A DNA stretch of 64,000 bases from a virus. Lineage: Duplodnaviria; Heunggongvirae; Uroviricota; Caudoviricetes. Positions 11,601 through 19,279 of the stretch are shown here, one piece after another. The position numbers and the translations under genes were made by a program. The DNA lies in the IMG/VR virus record IMGVR_UViG_3300044715_000866. One strand, written 5' to 3'. The notes under the pieces are model-generated. The model was not told the origin of the DNA and searched no databases. It was given only the letters and a program-made list of their open reading frames with translations. Position 1 is the stretch's first letter. Each line of letters starts with the position of its first letter.

Positions 11601-14148
11601 GCAACTGGATAGCCGGAGTAGTATTACGTTCTAATATATCTTTAATTGTTAATATGTTAGTATGTATTGAATTGACTGCGTTAATACCATTTATTAACGT
11701 ATCGTTTCTATATTGTCTAACTGATTGTTGGTATTGTTTAGTAATTGAATCATTTTCAACAATTTTTTCTGCTAACTCACCTACCTGTGCAATTGCAGCC
11801 GCACATGCAGCACGATTAACATTTGAAACATTATTGCTAATATTAATATCCCAAAATCTTCTACCTACATATACTGATTGACTATTACCAGAATACATTA
11901 AGTCATATGCTAAACTCCAAATAATATACTTAACATCTCGCATGCATAACTCTCTGTCATAAGTAACATCTGAATATTCTGCACTTAAAAATGCAATAAT
12001 TTCAGCTTGTACAAATGGAATATTTGCTAACAACAAATCCTTTGCACTCGATCTTCCAACAGTATCATAACTGCTTATTGCTGCCGGAGCATATACTTTT
12101 GGCATAACTACTGCAGGTAATACACTATCAGTTACAATTTTACTAATAATTGCTGCATTAGATCTAAATGATGCTTTTGCAGTATTATTAAGATCAGGTC
12201 TTAATAATAACATATTAATTAAATTTTTACGATCAAACGACCCATTAGACACGATATAAGTATCAGAAGCTAATGCTGAACTATTAAATATTTTAATTTC
12301 GTAATTAGAAGAAACTTGCACTTCATATGATATTATTACATCATCTTCAACAGATGTTAACGAAAACGGATCTCCACCAGTTGTTTCAGGAGTAAATGTG
12401 CCGTTAATTAAAATATGACTATATGGAGGAAATACATTAGAAATTTGAGTTGCAAATTTTAAAGTAATGTATTCAGCAGTAACTGCTACCGATTTAATGC
12501 TAATTGGATTAATTGTTAACATTGATTCTAACTGAGTAGCATTTAAATTAGTTCCTGCGTTAGAAAATGCAATACCGGCCTGAATACTTTGGTAATTTGA
12601 TTTATATATTAAGTCGTATCCTAACGAATTGATAACCTGGATTATATATGCTGATAACTCTGTAGTTGCATACGATAATTCAAGTAACTGTTTTTTAATA
12701 AATTCGATAGTTGACAACCATTGAATCAACCCTTCATTAGTATTATTGCGATGTAAATACGAAATTGCAGCCCACTGTGAATTAAAATTTGTACCAGGAA
12801 TACCTGTGATATCAAAATGTTCAGTGTTTACATTTTCAGTTCCGTTAGCGCCTAACCACAAGTCAGTTGCAATTGCAGTTAGCAATGATGAGTCGTGGTC
12901 AGTAGCAGTAAGCTTTAACGACGAGATTTGTTTTCTAAAAGTAGTATCATCATATTCAAATTTATTAACATATTTTTTATTAATATATGCAATAGTTTCT
13001 GCTTGAATAAACGCTCGGTTTGCTTGCAATATGTTAAATGCAGCAATCATTCCTGCACTGTTATTATTATTTTCTACATTATTGACAGTATTTCCGCCTG
13101 TTAGTGCAACTGTTTGAATTGTAGAAAACGTTTGATCCGGCCCATCCGTCCATGATATACGTTGTTTATATGGTCCAGGCTCTTGGCTAGCTAACGAGAT
13201 TAAAGACTCAGCGTGTAGCAGTGCTGCACCGATTGATCTAAACGCATAGTTCCAATATCTACCTTCGCGCCCTGCAGGTGTTTTAAGCTGAAGATCGTCG
13301 CCACTTGACGCTACATACAAATTAACATTACTTGAAAATGTTTTATTATCAACATAGAATGCAGTAGCTGCTTGTAAATCTTCTTTACTAGATGCACCAA
13401 TTGTACCAGCTAAATTGTTAGGATGATCATGCAAGTATAATGGGCCACGCATTGTATCTCCGCCGCGATATACTGCATCAACACGCGGCAATACTTCATT
13501 TGACAAATAATTACCAGTTAGGGTTGGATCATAATTAGGATTGCCAATAGGCGGCAAAGTAGGTTCGTCTCTTGCTTTTACTGGTCCTGGTACAATAATA
13601 CCGTTTGCATCAGGTATACCTACGATGCCATCTTCAGTTAACCTAACATAATTTGTATTAGCAAATCCAACAGTTACTGGTAGTTGATCCAATGTCGTTT
13701 GATCATCATGAACTAAGTTAAAATCTCTAACAGCTTGATCACTAGGCGATACTAATCGACCAATAGTAAATAACCCTGCATTTAACGGAGCTCCTAATGT
13801 TGGAAACTCTTCATTAACTAATTGTGCATCACTTCTTAATGAAATAACAATTGCGTCAAGTCCTGGATCAGATGGAGAATCTTGAATAATTCTCTGTTCA
13901 ATTCGTATACCTGCACCTTCAACAAATGATTTTGCAGTTAACCCGCCACTGCTGCTACCTACAATAATTTGCCCAATACCGTAGTCACACCCGTCGGATA
14001 AATCACTAAATCCAATAGTACCCTCACCGCCTTTAAAGATACTATAAATTTCATTAAAATTGTCATTAACTTTACGAAACGAGTCGCGTATACTGTCGCC
14101 AGTACCGTCGTTTCCTTGAGCACCAATGTCGATTATCTGTTTTGTCAT
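2641..14148 (-). CDS. Giant 3,835-aa virion protein, a putative tail fibre/adhesin, with a right-handed beta-helix (pectate-lyase-like) segment and internal repeat modules.
   Basis: Single uninterrupted 11.5-kb ORF with RBS aagggg and an ATG at 14146-14148. It contains NLYVASSGDD...GREGRYWNYAFRSIGAAL, a typical beta-helix N-cap. At least five copies of the motif RDxxYxxDxxxYDxxYGGNxQ(S/T)V are present, preceded by NxPF(I/V)xAExIAY. A second beta-helix-like stretch (NWFLFDTINYGRHY...FQGQGGFAMVLDPEGN) is also present. Confidence 0.8.
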   Translation of the reverse strand: MTKQIIDIGAQGNDGTGDSIRDSFRKVNDNFNEIYSIFKGGEGTIGFSDLSDGCDYGIGQIIVGSSSGGLTAKSFVEGAGIRIEQRIIQDSPSDPGLDAIVISLRSDAQLVNEEFPTLGAPLNAGLFTIGRLVSPSDQAVRDFNLVHDDQTTLDQLPVTVGFANTNYVRLTEDGIVGIPDANGIIVPGPVKARDEPTLPPIGNPNYDPTLTGNYLSNEVLPRVDAVYRGGDTMRGPLYLHDHPNNLAGTIGASSKEDLQAATAFYVDNKTFSSNVNLYVASSGDDLQLKTPAGREGRYWNYAFRSIGAALLHAESLISLASQEPGPYKQRISWTDGPDQTFSTIQTVALTGGNTVNNVENNNNSAGMIAAFNILQANRAFIQAETIAYINKKYVNKFEYDDTTFRKQISSLKLTATDHDSSLLTAIATDLWLGANGTENVNTEHFDITGIPGTNFNSQWAAISYLHRNNTNEGLIQWLSTIEFIKKQLLELSYATTELSAYIIQVINSLGYDLIYKSNYQSIQAGIAFSNAGTNLNATQLESMLTINPISIKSVAVTAEYITLKFATQISNVFPPYSHILINGTFTPETTGGDPFSLTSVEDDVIISYEVQVSSNYEIKIFNSSALASDTYIVSNGSFDRKNLINMLLLRPDLNNTAKASFRSNAAIISKIVTDSVLPAVVMPKVYAPAAISSYDTVGRSSAKDLLLANIPFVQAEIIAFLSAEYSDVTYDRELCMRDVKYIIWSLAYDLMYSGNSQSVYVGRRFWDINISNNVSNVNRAACAAAIAQVGELAEKIVENDSITKQYQQSVRQYRNDTLINGINAVNSIHTNILTIKDILERNTTPAIQLPNSAAGTPDLITFFTALELDKSIYTVGTNSDVTTTASWYMDHFYPVINDPNYLERINALFVEIDTIIKSGELPTELPRYPDINVEVNSYVTGGTTQPLPNGWIRNARNRLDNAAITSIINDVNSYLDIDESITDVDVLAILAVDLRKLIISVCYDITYGGTAASVAAAHQMTIVSTPAITKTVISKTSLYARTIVNGHSDDDDTNATSTLIGTKFTAAATAIDNDLYMGIPVDDTIFTGGTYIDAISLKVIINNNAEVIENTSIDYVNTAFGGGFNYDESLCYRDIGLIVDAAAIDIITGGNWQSITAGKSFYKNSSAKSVAIGTHYVQSFDGIAFAKNLGIEVLTGYTAVRYQQAETQLTAFSSTAILPSSSIGVVGSYLSEISDEATAIFTDSLDSVLDIIRYGVSFAATPSHGTAIWNIDIDNGGKGYVDQGAPKSNDIFPAKIIVGVGRVSTNLTASGAYASIVKYTPEISTGKDRIQVRLTKPGFFKVGEELEFGETVRDLNLSVFIESGIYYEDFPLKIPANVSVRGDEMRRTLIRPIDRESQSPWRRVFFYRDAIIDALEVGLIDYASNSAPLVSLGITATLDGVSGKIIITLSNNYQALLSWVGKVFTDNVIPAGGNKKRGKAVIDSVSGNTMNCTVIYPFETAFTKLAGNWFLFDTINYGRHYLTNPLDVTSPAKNNKEIDVFLCNEGNRIIGVTFQGQGGFAMVLDPEGNIKTKSPYIQECSSFSQSNNYKRFAGGQYIDGFAGRVYGTIKEITDLGLTIKVQGTTSAVGTYVSGGRLSTTMVVNNIVNIVGLKPGVKITGTGFESRQYVVSVTLPVAPSTNATVVLSAVADSTPSGKIVFGQSSGLDVRPPQPPCSFYVRGKRYQIDDIVEFNAATQTVTLTLDTTTPYMYNPISNNLVYDEVKARRDAGYVIDAVVTDAILGTNYRAIHAGRAFLRLSSSLLIGELQGLTKAGIEKSIELANAEIPGLTLSSTLITSMLVNGVSATLDFVWASKTLNENKARDILQINKPFIKAEITAYISDNYVLSTLPNYNRQKSERDVGYLVDAITYDIFYGGNSQTVDYATSLFSKNNSNLYESVLLDGDVQSVCQTAYIRLRNILTSIVKGVEVTPTRGNKENQIQTLAADSTFDLTLTTLVNIVIDYVNSNPNVASTLPTVEWPTLPSNVNTTAYTGLDITGPTGIAKQVTDFLNNGADLTINLETGGNRSMLANDFAMFNDLGYGIVASNGAFTEQVCTFTYYAHTGFWANNGSNLRGVGCSNTFGNYGMRASGFDVTELPDSANLANHMLQTAKVYKQGETINEMVPTATTPAVAVWVHAYEYIPTTGSGLEIDHSANGGIITNYIITSVEYTTVRVNNIIVIKLNLSTSGDNNTASSGLAKALYDGQVVSIRVLKNVKFNNIDNVKPTRPSTALQYNDNLNDVYRIVAYNLAESTGELLDPNIAILQSDNSFAYYNIMIDPTNIINGDPSNTITATVVSGSTSSTTIVVNNVAAGTTIAVGQTIVGIGFAGQIVQSVVAKTGVDAGKFEIVLTTVEPSLEAAPSVTPSGEVSFTNATQGYKVSDTKLAVIPITQIAVIDQLNKQTYITAWNGRIHQILQYVQPTAAVSRTCTSYVGNILTVSGTVGTINISDYFVVKNGTTITLTGYVDNVVINSEDPAIAVVTVRDTVGTAINNYSVTFGSTRNGYIEISSVPITNNSADDYTLPAMSYHSKALQDGSVVATVVTFDVPYNKDNVLPKVDGYLNIAVNDNALSDYNGSYQVVGVLDQTTLTISSTNGFKVGMVVTSAVESISGVGAIIQEVDIPNHTITVSPSCWVPAGSQIRASTAANVKTITVVNGGLGYPDGTTITIDGGGYTKQAKAVCKIVDTKIVEIKIVYRGSGYINIPDLNLHLPDELQPITPADLSVELSTPVYVDTTASEGVSVNRITVLYPTDPVESVNPGAEILGTTSTVLTSPLPTSSTNATGYSVTFQFNARATTLADNSWLKVEGNINALYNGFVRVISATATSATVFYPYNPGVFDIVDPTLITDTLASGTSSNLGISKPFSRSSSYTLKIGHQSNSLAQVTTRISTCRATGHDFCDIGTGGYSTTNIPYSIYGDPALPRNASRETLDEGVGRCFYVSTNQDGIFRVGRFFSVDQGTGTVTFSAKISLSNIEGFGFSRGVVVNEFSSDSSLTNNAADTVPVQSAVRGYIDKRLGLDHGGSAVPFSTWIGPGFLPLNGSLVMSGDLSMGNNAITNLKTPSLEPDIESKDAATKGYVDRLIASNNAISELGDVSITSATLVDAQLLVQRNTGLLGPNKWINSTLTGDVTIAYVVVGSTATLTSTIGAAKIVNSMVSLTAEIDQSKLNLVKAVARAASTNLQSDLGVSTYNSAVFKSTNGWIDLETGTSANGIDISKIKHVAAKKMLGNYTNATGAVTEVSTGDIVLDGDGIKNATFTSVGVMTVKTVVSSKATAYEVVPYTQVGGASSIVQTDTNGVINVKGLKVDGYTIIDTYNVDDTNPNRQVKFTTPGNVDFIVASGGAASSTNVAITGTLDVTAATSVLKSKTLSTGDATIEGTITGKWALSTNSRIDLTLGSSIMSATGITATATRPTIRPSVMFDFANSKTLDPRITFSRTSIATYYNSTGLLVVADPNCARFDHDPITRESKGLLLEEARTNYLTRSESFSSWTYPLMTRATSNTLTPYGIGFAYQFTANAANAELVFNDSTTGSGFKTFSIWIKRVTGVGAISYKFSTSMNWTVIDESTYDISSLVRLSFTESPPTNKISLQFASTDTTVVLWGAQLEDGKYMTSYIPTLEAPVLRTVEDVNVTGTNFSSWYSKTQGTMVLSHTALGINDGFADYGGARIQTSPAVTSYIEVGCNSASGSIVYNSVCKTNTSTVQFDFAGYTTSTLNTIVTHAVSYGLNPATSPATYTFNNQPAAVDDSNFAAPIDVNMLKFGNGVGTQYITKFTYYAKQLSGNELLVLTMQ

Positions 14149-14228
14149 ATTAAGTTACACCCCTTATGTGAACATGTTGTTTTACGATATTTATCAAAAA
14201 AATTTTATAATCTTAATGTAAATACAAT

Positions 14229-14516
14229 ATGATTATCTCTACTCAATACATTACTACTGAATATACTCGTACTAGCAAATTAGGAGTTAACCATACATAT
14301 ATTCGAAAGAAAACTATTATTATGTTAAGATGCGACTGTTGCGGTTTGGAATTTAATAGATCTAAAGGATCAATGGCGCCTGCACGATTATCTAATCAAG
14401 TATACCATGTATGTAACATGTGTGATGTAAAAGCGTTTGCACAGTCAAAAGGAGTTGAGACTAGAAATGTTTGGAATATGCCAGTTAGTAGTCTTAAGAA
14501 TCTAACCAAATTATAA
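14229..14516 (+). CDS. Small Cys-rich (zinc-ribbon-like) protein. The start is uncertain; an internal ATG near 14322 is an alternative.
   Basis: 95-aa ORF with CDCCG...CNMCD cysteine pairs. No strong RBS. Confidence 0.4.
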   Translation: MIISTQYITTEYTRTSKLGVNHTYIRKKTIIMLRCDCCGLEFNRSKGSMAPARLSNQVYHVCNMCDVKAFAQSKGVETRNVWNMPVSSLKNLTKL

Positions 14517-14535
14517 ATATGAAAAAGGAGATATT

Positions 14536-14880
14536 ATGTTTGAATTTATTAAATCATTATTTAGAAAAAATCGTCCTGAGGAGACTAACGCCGCATCAAA
14601 ATGCCCGTTCCTTGGACATTCGTCATATACTGATGAAGAGGAAGTTGAGCCAGTTACTGTAATACCGGCTAAACCAAAAACAACTAAACCAAAAAAACTA
14701 AAAATAGTCGAACCTGCTGCTGAAATTATTAATGTTACTCCGGCAATTGCAAAGGGTGTTAAACCGGCTGCTAAAAAAACTAAGAAACCTACAGTTAAAG
14801 CTGAGCCTGCAAATATTGTTCAATTTGTGCAACCTGCACCAGCTAAGAAAAAAGGTCGTCCTAAGAAAGACAAAGTATAA
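14536..14880 (+). CDS. Lys/Pro/Ala-rich basic protein with a C-terminal AT-hook-like GRPKK motif, a putative DNA-binding histone-H1-like protein.
   Basis: Strong RBS aaaaaggag 7 nt before the ATG. The sequence PKTTKPKKLK...AKKTKKPTVKA...KKKGRPKKDKV is low-complexity and basic. Confidence 0.6.
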   Translation: MFEFIKSLFRKNRPEETNAASKCPFLGHSSYTDEEEVEPVTVIPAKPKTTKPKKLKIVEPAAEIINVTPAIAKGVKPAAKKTKKPTVKAEPANIVQFVQPAPAKKKGRPKKDKV

Positions 14881-14882
14881 CA

Positions 14883-14911
14883 TTGCAAACTTTGCACAAC
14901 TATGATATTAT
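14883..14911 (+). promoter_or_regulatory. Possible sigma70-type promoter (TTGCAA-N17-TATTAT).
   Basis: The sequence is ttgcaa actttgcacaactatga tattat, upstream of the 29-aa micro-ORF. Confidence 0.3.
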
Positions 14912-14940
14912 AATGCTTTATATAACTAAGAGGTGCTACT

Positions 14941-15030
14941 GTGAAAAAAATTGGCTTTGCTTGCAAGTATGTTGACAGAACTAAAACCGGGTTTGAACTG
15001 TTTGACCAGTATAAAGAAGAATTTATGTAA
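14941..15030 (+). CDS. Possible 29-aa micro-ORF with a GTG start, VKKIGFACKYVDRTKTGFELFDQYKEEFM.
   Basis: RBS aagaggtg 5 nt upstream. It sits between a candidate promoter (14883-14911) and the terminator at 15036-15066. It is below the track's length threshold. Confidence 0.2.
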   Translation: MKKIGFACKYVDRTKTGFELFDQYKEEFM

Positions 15031-15035
15031 TCAAT

Positions 15036-15066
15036 AAAAAAGGCAGCCTAAGCTGCCTTTTTTATT
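15036..15066. terminator. Bidirectional rho-independent terminator between convergent genes.
   Basis: The sequence is aaaaa aggcagc ctaa gctgcct ttttt. It has a 7-bp GC-rich stem flanked by an A-run and a T-run. Confidence 0.7.
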
Positions 15067-15598
15067 ATCCTGTATATCTACAATGGCTCTTCTTTGTTTC
15101 CCACAGCTCAACTGCAGTAACCTTTGCTACATCACCAATGCGTGATTGTGCATATTCAAACAAATACTTACAGATGTTTTCACTAGTTGGTACAAAATCT
15201 ACTAGTACAAAACTGTTATAATGTAACTGCTCACCTTCAGTTAATCCGACCCAGTTGCAAGTTCCTAAGTTAGTAAAGTTTGCAAATGGGTGTTCTGAAT
15301 TCCTCCATTCGTTACCTGTAATTAACTTAAAGTTTGGATCATTAATATCAATCATAAACTTATGATCTAGCACATCATCTACAAATTGTTTCATAAAGTT
15401 TAAATTCTTAAAGTCTGTAACCATTTCTGAATGATCTAAAGTATCAGAACCTAAAAATACTTTAATTGAATAGCTGTGTCCGTGTAAATGCTTGCAGGCA
15501 CAGTCAGTTGAAATACTTAACTCAACATGATTTAATTTTTGTGCCCATACTCTGTGTCCCATTTCAAAATGAAACTCTTTATCTATTTCCCATTTCAT
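15065..15598 (-). CDS. queD: QueD/PTPS-family 6-carboxy-5,6,7,8-tetrahydropterin synthase (T-fold).
   Basis: EFHFEMGHRVW aligns with the QueD N-terminal FEAAHRL motif. CKHLHGHSY matches the Cys-x3-His-Gly-His zinc/catalytic motif, and VLDHKFMID matches the LDHxxLND block. Its own sigma70-like promoter lies on the minus strand at 15626-15654. Confidence 0.8.
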   Translation of the reverse strand: MKWEIDKEFHFEMGHRVWAQKLNHVELSISTDCACKHLHGHSYSIKVFLGSDTLDHSEMVTDFKNLNFMKQFVDDVLDHKFMIDINDPNFKLITGNEWRNSEHPFANFTNLGTCNWVGLTEGEQLHYNSFVLVDFVPTSENICKYLFEYAQSRIGDVAKVTAVELWETKKSHCRYTG

Positions 15599-15625
15599 AT
15601 AATTGCCTGTCTATTAAAAAGCTAT

Positions 15626-15654
15626 ATTATATAATCATTGCTTCAAGAAGTCAA
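15626..15654 (-). promoter_or_regulatory. Sigma70-type promoter on the minus strand driving queD (TTGACT-N17-TATAAT).
   Basis: The reverse complement reads ttgact tcttgaagcaatgatta tataat. It ends 28 nt upstream of the queD ATG. Confidence 0.6.
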
Positions 15655-15655
15655 C

Positions 15656-16045
15656 CTACTTCTTCATATCAGCACAACTATCTACTGCTGGACAATCGTT
15701 GCATATGTTGCCAGCTGTTTCTTTACAATTCACAATAATCCTTATTTGGTCAAGATCTGATGTAATCTCAGTTAATATTTGATATTCAGAATGCACAGCC
15801 CTGACTATTTTACCAATTGCACTAACTGTCCAATACCACCAATTTATACTAACTATTAAACTAACCGAAATAATTCCCCACCAAATTAAATTATTATCAA
15901 GACTAGAAAGATAAAACCAACTAATAATCATACCAATAACTGCTACTACTACTAACGAACTAGCATATAACCATAATCTACGCTGACGATAGATCACTTC
16001 TAACTCGTCAGTATGGTCTTTAATTTTTCTAGTATTGTCGTCCAT
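15656..16045 (-). CDS. Small membrane protein with two TM helices and a Cys-rich C-terminus.
   Basis: LWLYASSLVVVAVIGMIISWFYL and LIWWGIISVSLIVSINWWYWTV are hydrophobic helices. The C-terminus is CKETAGNICNDCPAVDSCADMKK. Confidence 0.55.
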   Translation of the reverse strand: MDDNTRKIKDHTDELEVIYRQRRLWLYASSLVVVAVIGMIISWFYLSSLDNNLIWWGIISVSLIVSINWWYWTVSAIGKIVRAVHSEYQILTEITSDLDQIRIIVNCKETAGNICNDCPAVDSCADMKK

Positions 16046-16095
16046 TCAATATCCTTAAATTATATACTTCAATTATATTTATGCATCTATCAATG

Positions 16096-16103
16096 TATAA
16101 ATA
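16096..16103 (+). promoter_or_regulatory. T4-type late-promoter box TATAAATA.
   Basis: An exact TATAAATA lies 19 nt upstream of the ATG of the structural Ig-repeat gene at 16122. Confidence 0.5.
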
Positions 16104-16121
16104 CTACACACGAGAACGATT

Positions 16122-18434
16122 ATGTCATTAACTGTCTGGAACAAACAATCTGGCCTGCTTGCAACTATCCAAGAAGGCAACGCTATTAATATTCAATTGC
16201 CGGCTAATCATCATAGCAATATTCATTATGCTATTATTTCTGGTAAGTTACCACCAGGTACTTGGATTGATAAAAATTATATAAAAGGAACACCGTACGA
16301 AGTTTCAAGAGAAACTACTTTCTCATTTTGCATCCGTGCGTCTCAACAAAATTATGGAATTTCAGATCGAACATTTTCACTAATAGTCAACGGGGCAGAT
16401 GCTCCTGTTATTGTAACACCAACTGGATTGCTTGATATTGGACCTAAAAAACAATTATATGTTATAGATAATACATTTGTTAACTATCAAATTCGTGCAA
16501 TAGATTCTGATACTAGTACTGGTCAAAAACTAACCTACTATATAGATCCAGCGTACGGCATACTACCGCCTGGGTTATCTCTTACTAAAGATGGAATAAT
16601 ATACGGTGTAGTTGATGCAGTAACATCGTTAACTCCAAATGACGGCACAGGTGCCTACGACAACGGTTTATTTGACGTTTCACCGTACGACTTTGCAAAT
16701 ATTCAACAACAAAATGGATTTGACGTATATCCATACGACAAACCAGGTTACGATTTTACAATTACATTAAAACCTAAAAAACTAAACCGACATTATCGAT
16801 TTAGAGTATTTGTAACTGATAGTGAGACAGCAACACCTCCAAGTAGAGAATTTGAAATATTTGTAGTAACTGATTCATTTTTTAGAGCAGATGCAGACGC
16901 ACTTATTTCTGATTTAAAACCGTTTACTGCCGATGTAACGTATTTGTCGCAGCCAATCTGGATAACACAATCTAACTTAGGTATATATCGTGCAAATAAT
17001 TATATTACGTTAATGTTAGATGTATATGATACAGGATTAATATACTACACATTAGGAAATACTACTACTAGATGGGCCGCTAATACAGTGTATCTAGTGG
17101 ACGATTTAATTTATGAAACTCCTAAAATATCTTATATTTGTAGAGTTGCTCACACATCTGGAAGTTCATTAAATTTAGCTAACTGGGCAAGATACGGATT
17201 GCCGCCTGGCATGGAATTTGATGACAAAACCGGTGAAGTATTTGGTAAAGTGCCGGCCCAACCTGCAGTAACTACTACCTACACTTTTTCAGTAACTGCT
17301 ACACGGCACGGCGATGAAGATACTACTGAGATTGCAAAAACATTAAAAACATTTACTGTTAGTATTATTGGTGAGATCGAAAGTGCAATATCATGGGTAA
17401 CGCCGTCCGAGTTAGGAACAATTGATGCAGGATACGCATCGTCGTTGTTTGTTCGTGCAAATAGTAGTTACTACAATGCAGTTGTTACTCACACTATTAT
17501 TGACGGTAACTTACCGCCCGGACTGTCGTTAATGAGCGACGGTGAGATTGTTGGAGTTATATCTCAATTCTCAACTTCAATTGCGTTTGATCGAAATACT
17601 ACTACGTTTACATCTACAACATTTGATCAAACTAATAAAACTTATGGGTTAACTACATTTTCAAACAACTATGCTAGTAAAACTAGAACTACGTTTGATA
17701 ACAATACTACGTCATTTAATCGTAAATTTACATTTACAGTTAAGGCATCTGACCAATCATACTATAGTGCAACTGAACGCACCTTTACTATAACTGTTAA
17801 AACTCCTAATTTAATTCCATACAGTAATATTAGAGTACAACCGTTCCTTAGTCCTAATCATGTTACATTATGGAAAACATTTATTACCTCAAACGTTTTT
17901 AACATCGATGACATTTATAGACCGTATGACCCTGCATTTGGAATTCAAGATAACCTATCAATGCTTATCTTTGAAGGTATTGAAACTCGCAGTTATGGAT
18001 CATATATATTAGGGTTTAATCATAAAACTAAACACTTTCGATTTGGTAATATTAAAAAAGCAGCTGCAATCTTACCTGGAACTAAAACTGCATTATACGA
18101 AGTAGTGTATATTGAAATGATTGAAACAACATTATCTAATAGTGTTGAAGAGTGGAGATACGAGTTTAGCAGTATTAGCCAACCTAAGTACGACTTTTTG
18201 CCATTATGGATGCGCTCTGTTCAACCTACTTACAGAAAAGAATTAGGATTTATTTTAGCAGTACCAATCTGTTTCTGTAAAGTCGGCACTGCAGACAACA
18301 TAATGTTAAAAATTAAATATAGCGATTTTGATTTTAAACTCATTGATTACCAAATTGATCGATTCATAATCAATGCCGTAACAGGATCACATACCGATAA
18401 ATATATAATATTCGATAACAAGGAAACACAATGA
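16122..18434 (+). CDS. 770-aa structural protein with four putative-Ig (He_PIG / dystroglycan-cadherin-like) repeats, a likely baseplate or fibre component.
   Basis: The repeats are GKLPPGTWID...IKGTP, GILPPGLSLTKDGIIYGVV, GLPPGMEFDDKTGEVFGKVP and GNLPPGLSLMSDGEIVGVIS. A TATAAATA late-promoter box sits 19 nt upstream. Confidence 0.7.
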   Translation: MSLTVWNKQSGLLATIQEGNAINIQLPANHHSNIHYAIISGKLPPGTWIDKNYIKGTPYEVSRETTFSFCIRASQQNYGISDRTFSLIVNGADAPVIVTPTGLLDIGPKKQLYVIDNTFVNYQIRAIDSDTSTGQKLTYYIDPAYGILPPGLSLTKDGIIYGVVDAVTSLTPNDGTGAYDNGLFDVSPYDFANIQQQNGFDVYPYDKPGYDFTITLKPKKLNRHYRFRVFVTDSETATPPSREFEIFVVTDSFFRADADALISDLKPFTADVTYLSQPIWITQSNLGIYRANNYITLMLDVYDTGLIYYTLGNTTTRWAANTVYLVDDLIYETPKISYICRVAHTSGSSLNLANWARYGLPPGMEFDDKTGEVFGKVPAQPAVTTTYTFSVTATRHGDEDTTEIAKTLKTFTVSIIGEIESAISWVTPSELGTIDAGYASSLFVRANSSYYNAVVTHTIIDGNLPPGLSLMSDGEIVGVISQFSTSIAFDRNTTTFTSTTFDQTNKTYGLTTFSNNYASKTRTTFDNNTTSFNRKFTFTVKASDQSYYSATERTFTITVKTPNLIPYSNIRVQPFLSPNHVTLWKTFITSNVFNIDDIYRPYDPAFGIQDNLSMLIFEGIETRSYGSYILGFNHKTKHFRFGNIKKAAAILPGTKTALYEVVYIEMIETTLSNSVEEWRYEFSSISQPKYDFLPLWMRSVQPTYRKELGFILAVPICFCKVGTADNIMLKIKYSDFDFKLIDYQIDRFIINAVTGSHTDKYIIFDNKETQ

Positions 18435-19057
18435 CCACAAAAATCAATACATCTACAATTGATGAAACTTTTCCAATACCAGGAGAGGACAACGATACTT
18501 CGGGATTTCGAACTAACTTTGAACAAATTAACATTCAACTAAACCAAGCCGGCACTGAAATTACTGAATTGCAAAATTATGCCATGCTATCCGGCACAAT
18601 TGATAATAACACTACCCCGGTTACTAACAACTTACGCAGTAGTACTATAACTAACGGAACATACGCAAATTTTCACGGAGCAGTAGTTAGTCAAAATAAC
18701 GAATCTGGATCAATTGAAATTAACGTCGCTAATGGTAATTTTCAAGCATTGCGATTATCAGTTGACGCTACCCTGTCTTTTACAAATTGGCCAAATCCAA
18801 CGTATTATTCATCACGGTATGCAACTGTTAGAATACACTTAACTACTAGCCCAACGGCTCCTTCGACTGGTGTAACCATTCTTGGTTACACAAGTGCAGG
18901 CGTAATTAACGCAACTGGTAGATTTAAGTCTACTAATTTTCCAACTGTGCATATTAACCCCGGTTCAACTGTAGTTATTGACGCATGGAGCCACAACGGC
19001 GGCAATACCTTTTTTCTAAACTACATAGGTGAATTTAATGCATCCCCTGGTTCTTAA
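18431..19057 (+). CDS. Hypothetical protein (208 aa), Thr/Asn/Ser-rich and fibre-like, translationally coupled to the upstream gene.
   Basis: ATGA overlap at 18431-18434. Composition is typical of tail-fibre distal domains. Confidence 0.6.
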   Translation: MTTKINTSTIDETFPIPGEDNDTSGFRTNFEQINIQLNQAGTEITELQNYAMLSGTIDNNTTPVTNNLRSSTITNGTYANFHGAVVSQNNESGSIEINVANGNFQALRLSVDATLSFTNWPNPTYYSSRYATVRIHLTTSPTAPSTGVTILGYTSAGVINATGRFKSTNFPTVHINPGSTVVIDAWSHNGGNTFFLNYIGEFNASPGS

Positions 19058-19268
19058 TTTAGAGTCTCTTAAAAACGCTGAAATTGAATCTAAAATAAAT
19101 GATTTAACTAAAAAATATTTTATGACGTCAAACTACGATGTGCAAAGTCAAATTGCAGCAGTGTTAGATGTTTACAAAGAAGAGCTGTCTACTCGACAAC
19201 GTGCAGAATGGCAAAAAACTATGGAATCTCGCGATAAAGGACTTGACAAACTCATAAATGTAAGTTAA
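19029..19268 (+). CDS. Hypothetical small protein (79 aa).
   Basis: ORF with a coiled-coil-like sequence. The start overlaps the upstream gene by 29 nt. Confidence 0.4.
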   Translation: MNLMHPLVLNLESLKNAEIESKINDLTKKYFMTSNYDVQSQIAAVLDVYKEELSTRQRAEWQKTMESRDKGLDKLINVS

Positions 19269-19279
19269 AATATACACAT

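Noticed and set aside
4760-13006. Plus-strand ORFs of 60-128 aa at 4760-5146, 5591-5878, 9203-9385, 10874-11095, 11204-11449, 11519-11881 and 12746-13006.
   Set aside because: All lie antisense inside the uninterrupted 11.5-kb giant CDS. They have no RBS, and their composition simply mirrors the sense strand. They are spurious shadow ORFs.
14149-14228. Late promoter for the giant gene (gataaata / aataaata / attaaata boxes on the minus strand at about 14185, 2600 and 1965).
   Set aside because: Each deviates by one base from the strict TATAAATA consensus. The recurrence of ATTAAATA upstream of two minus-strand genes is noted, but I did not call it without TSS data.
14698-14883. 61-aa minus-strand ORF.
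   Set aside because: It is entirely antisense to the well-supported basic-protein gene (strong RBS) and sits in a low-complexity Lys-codon region.
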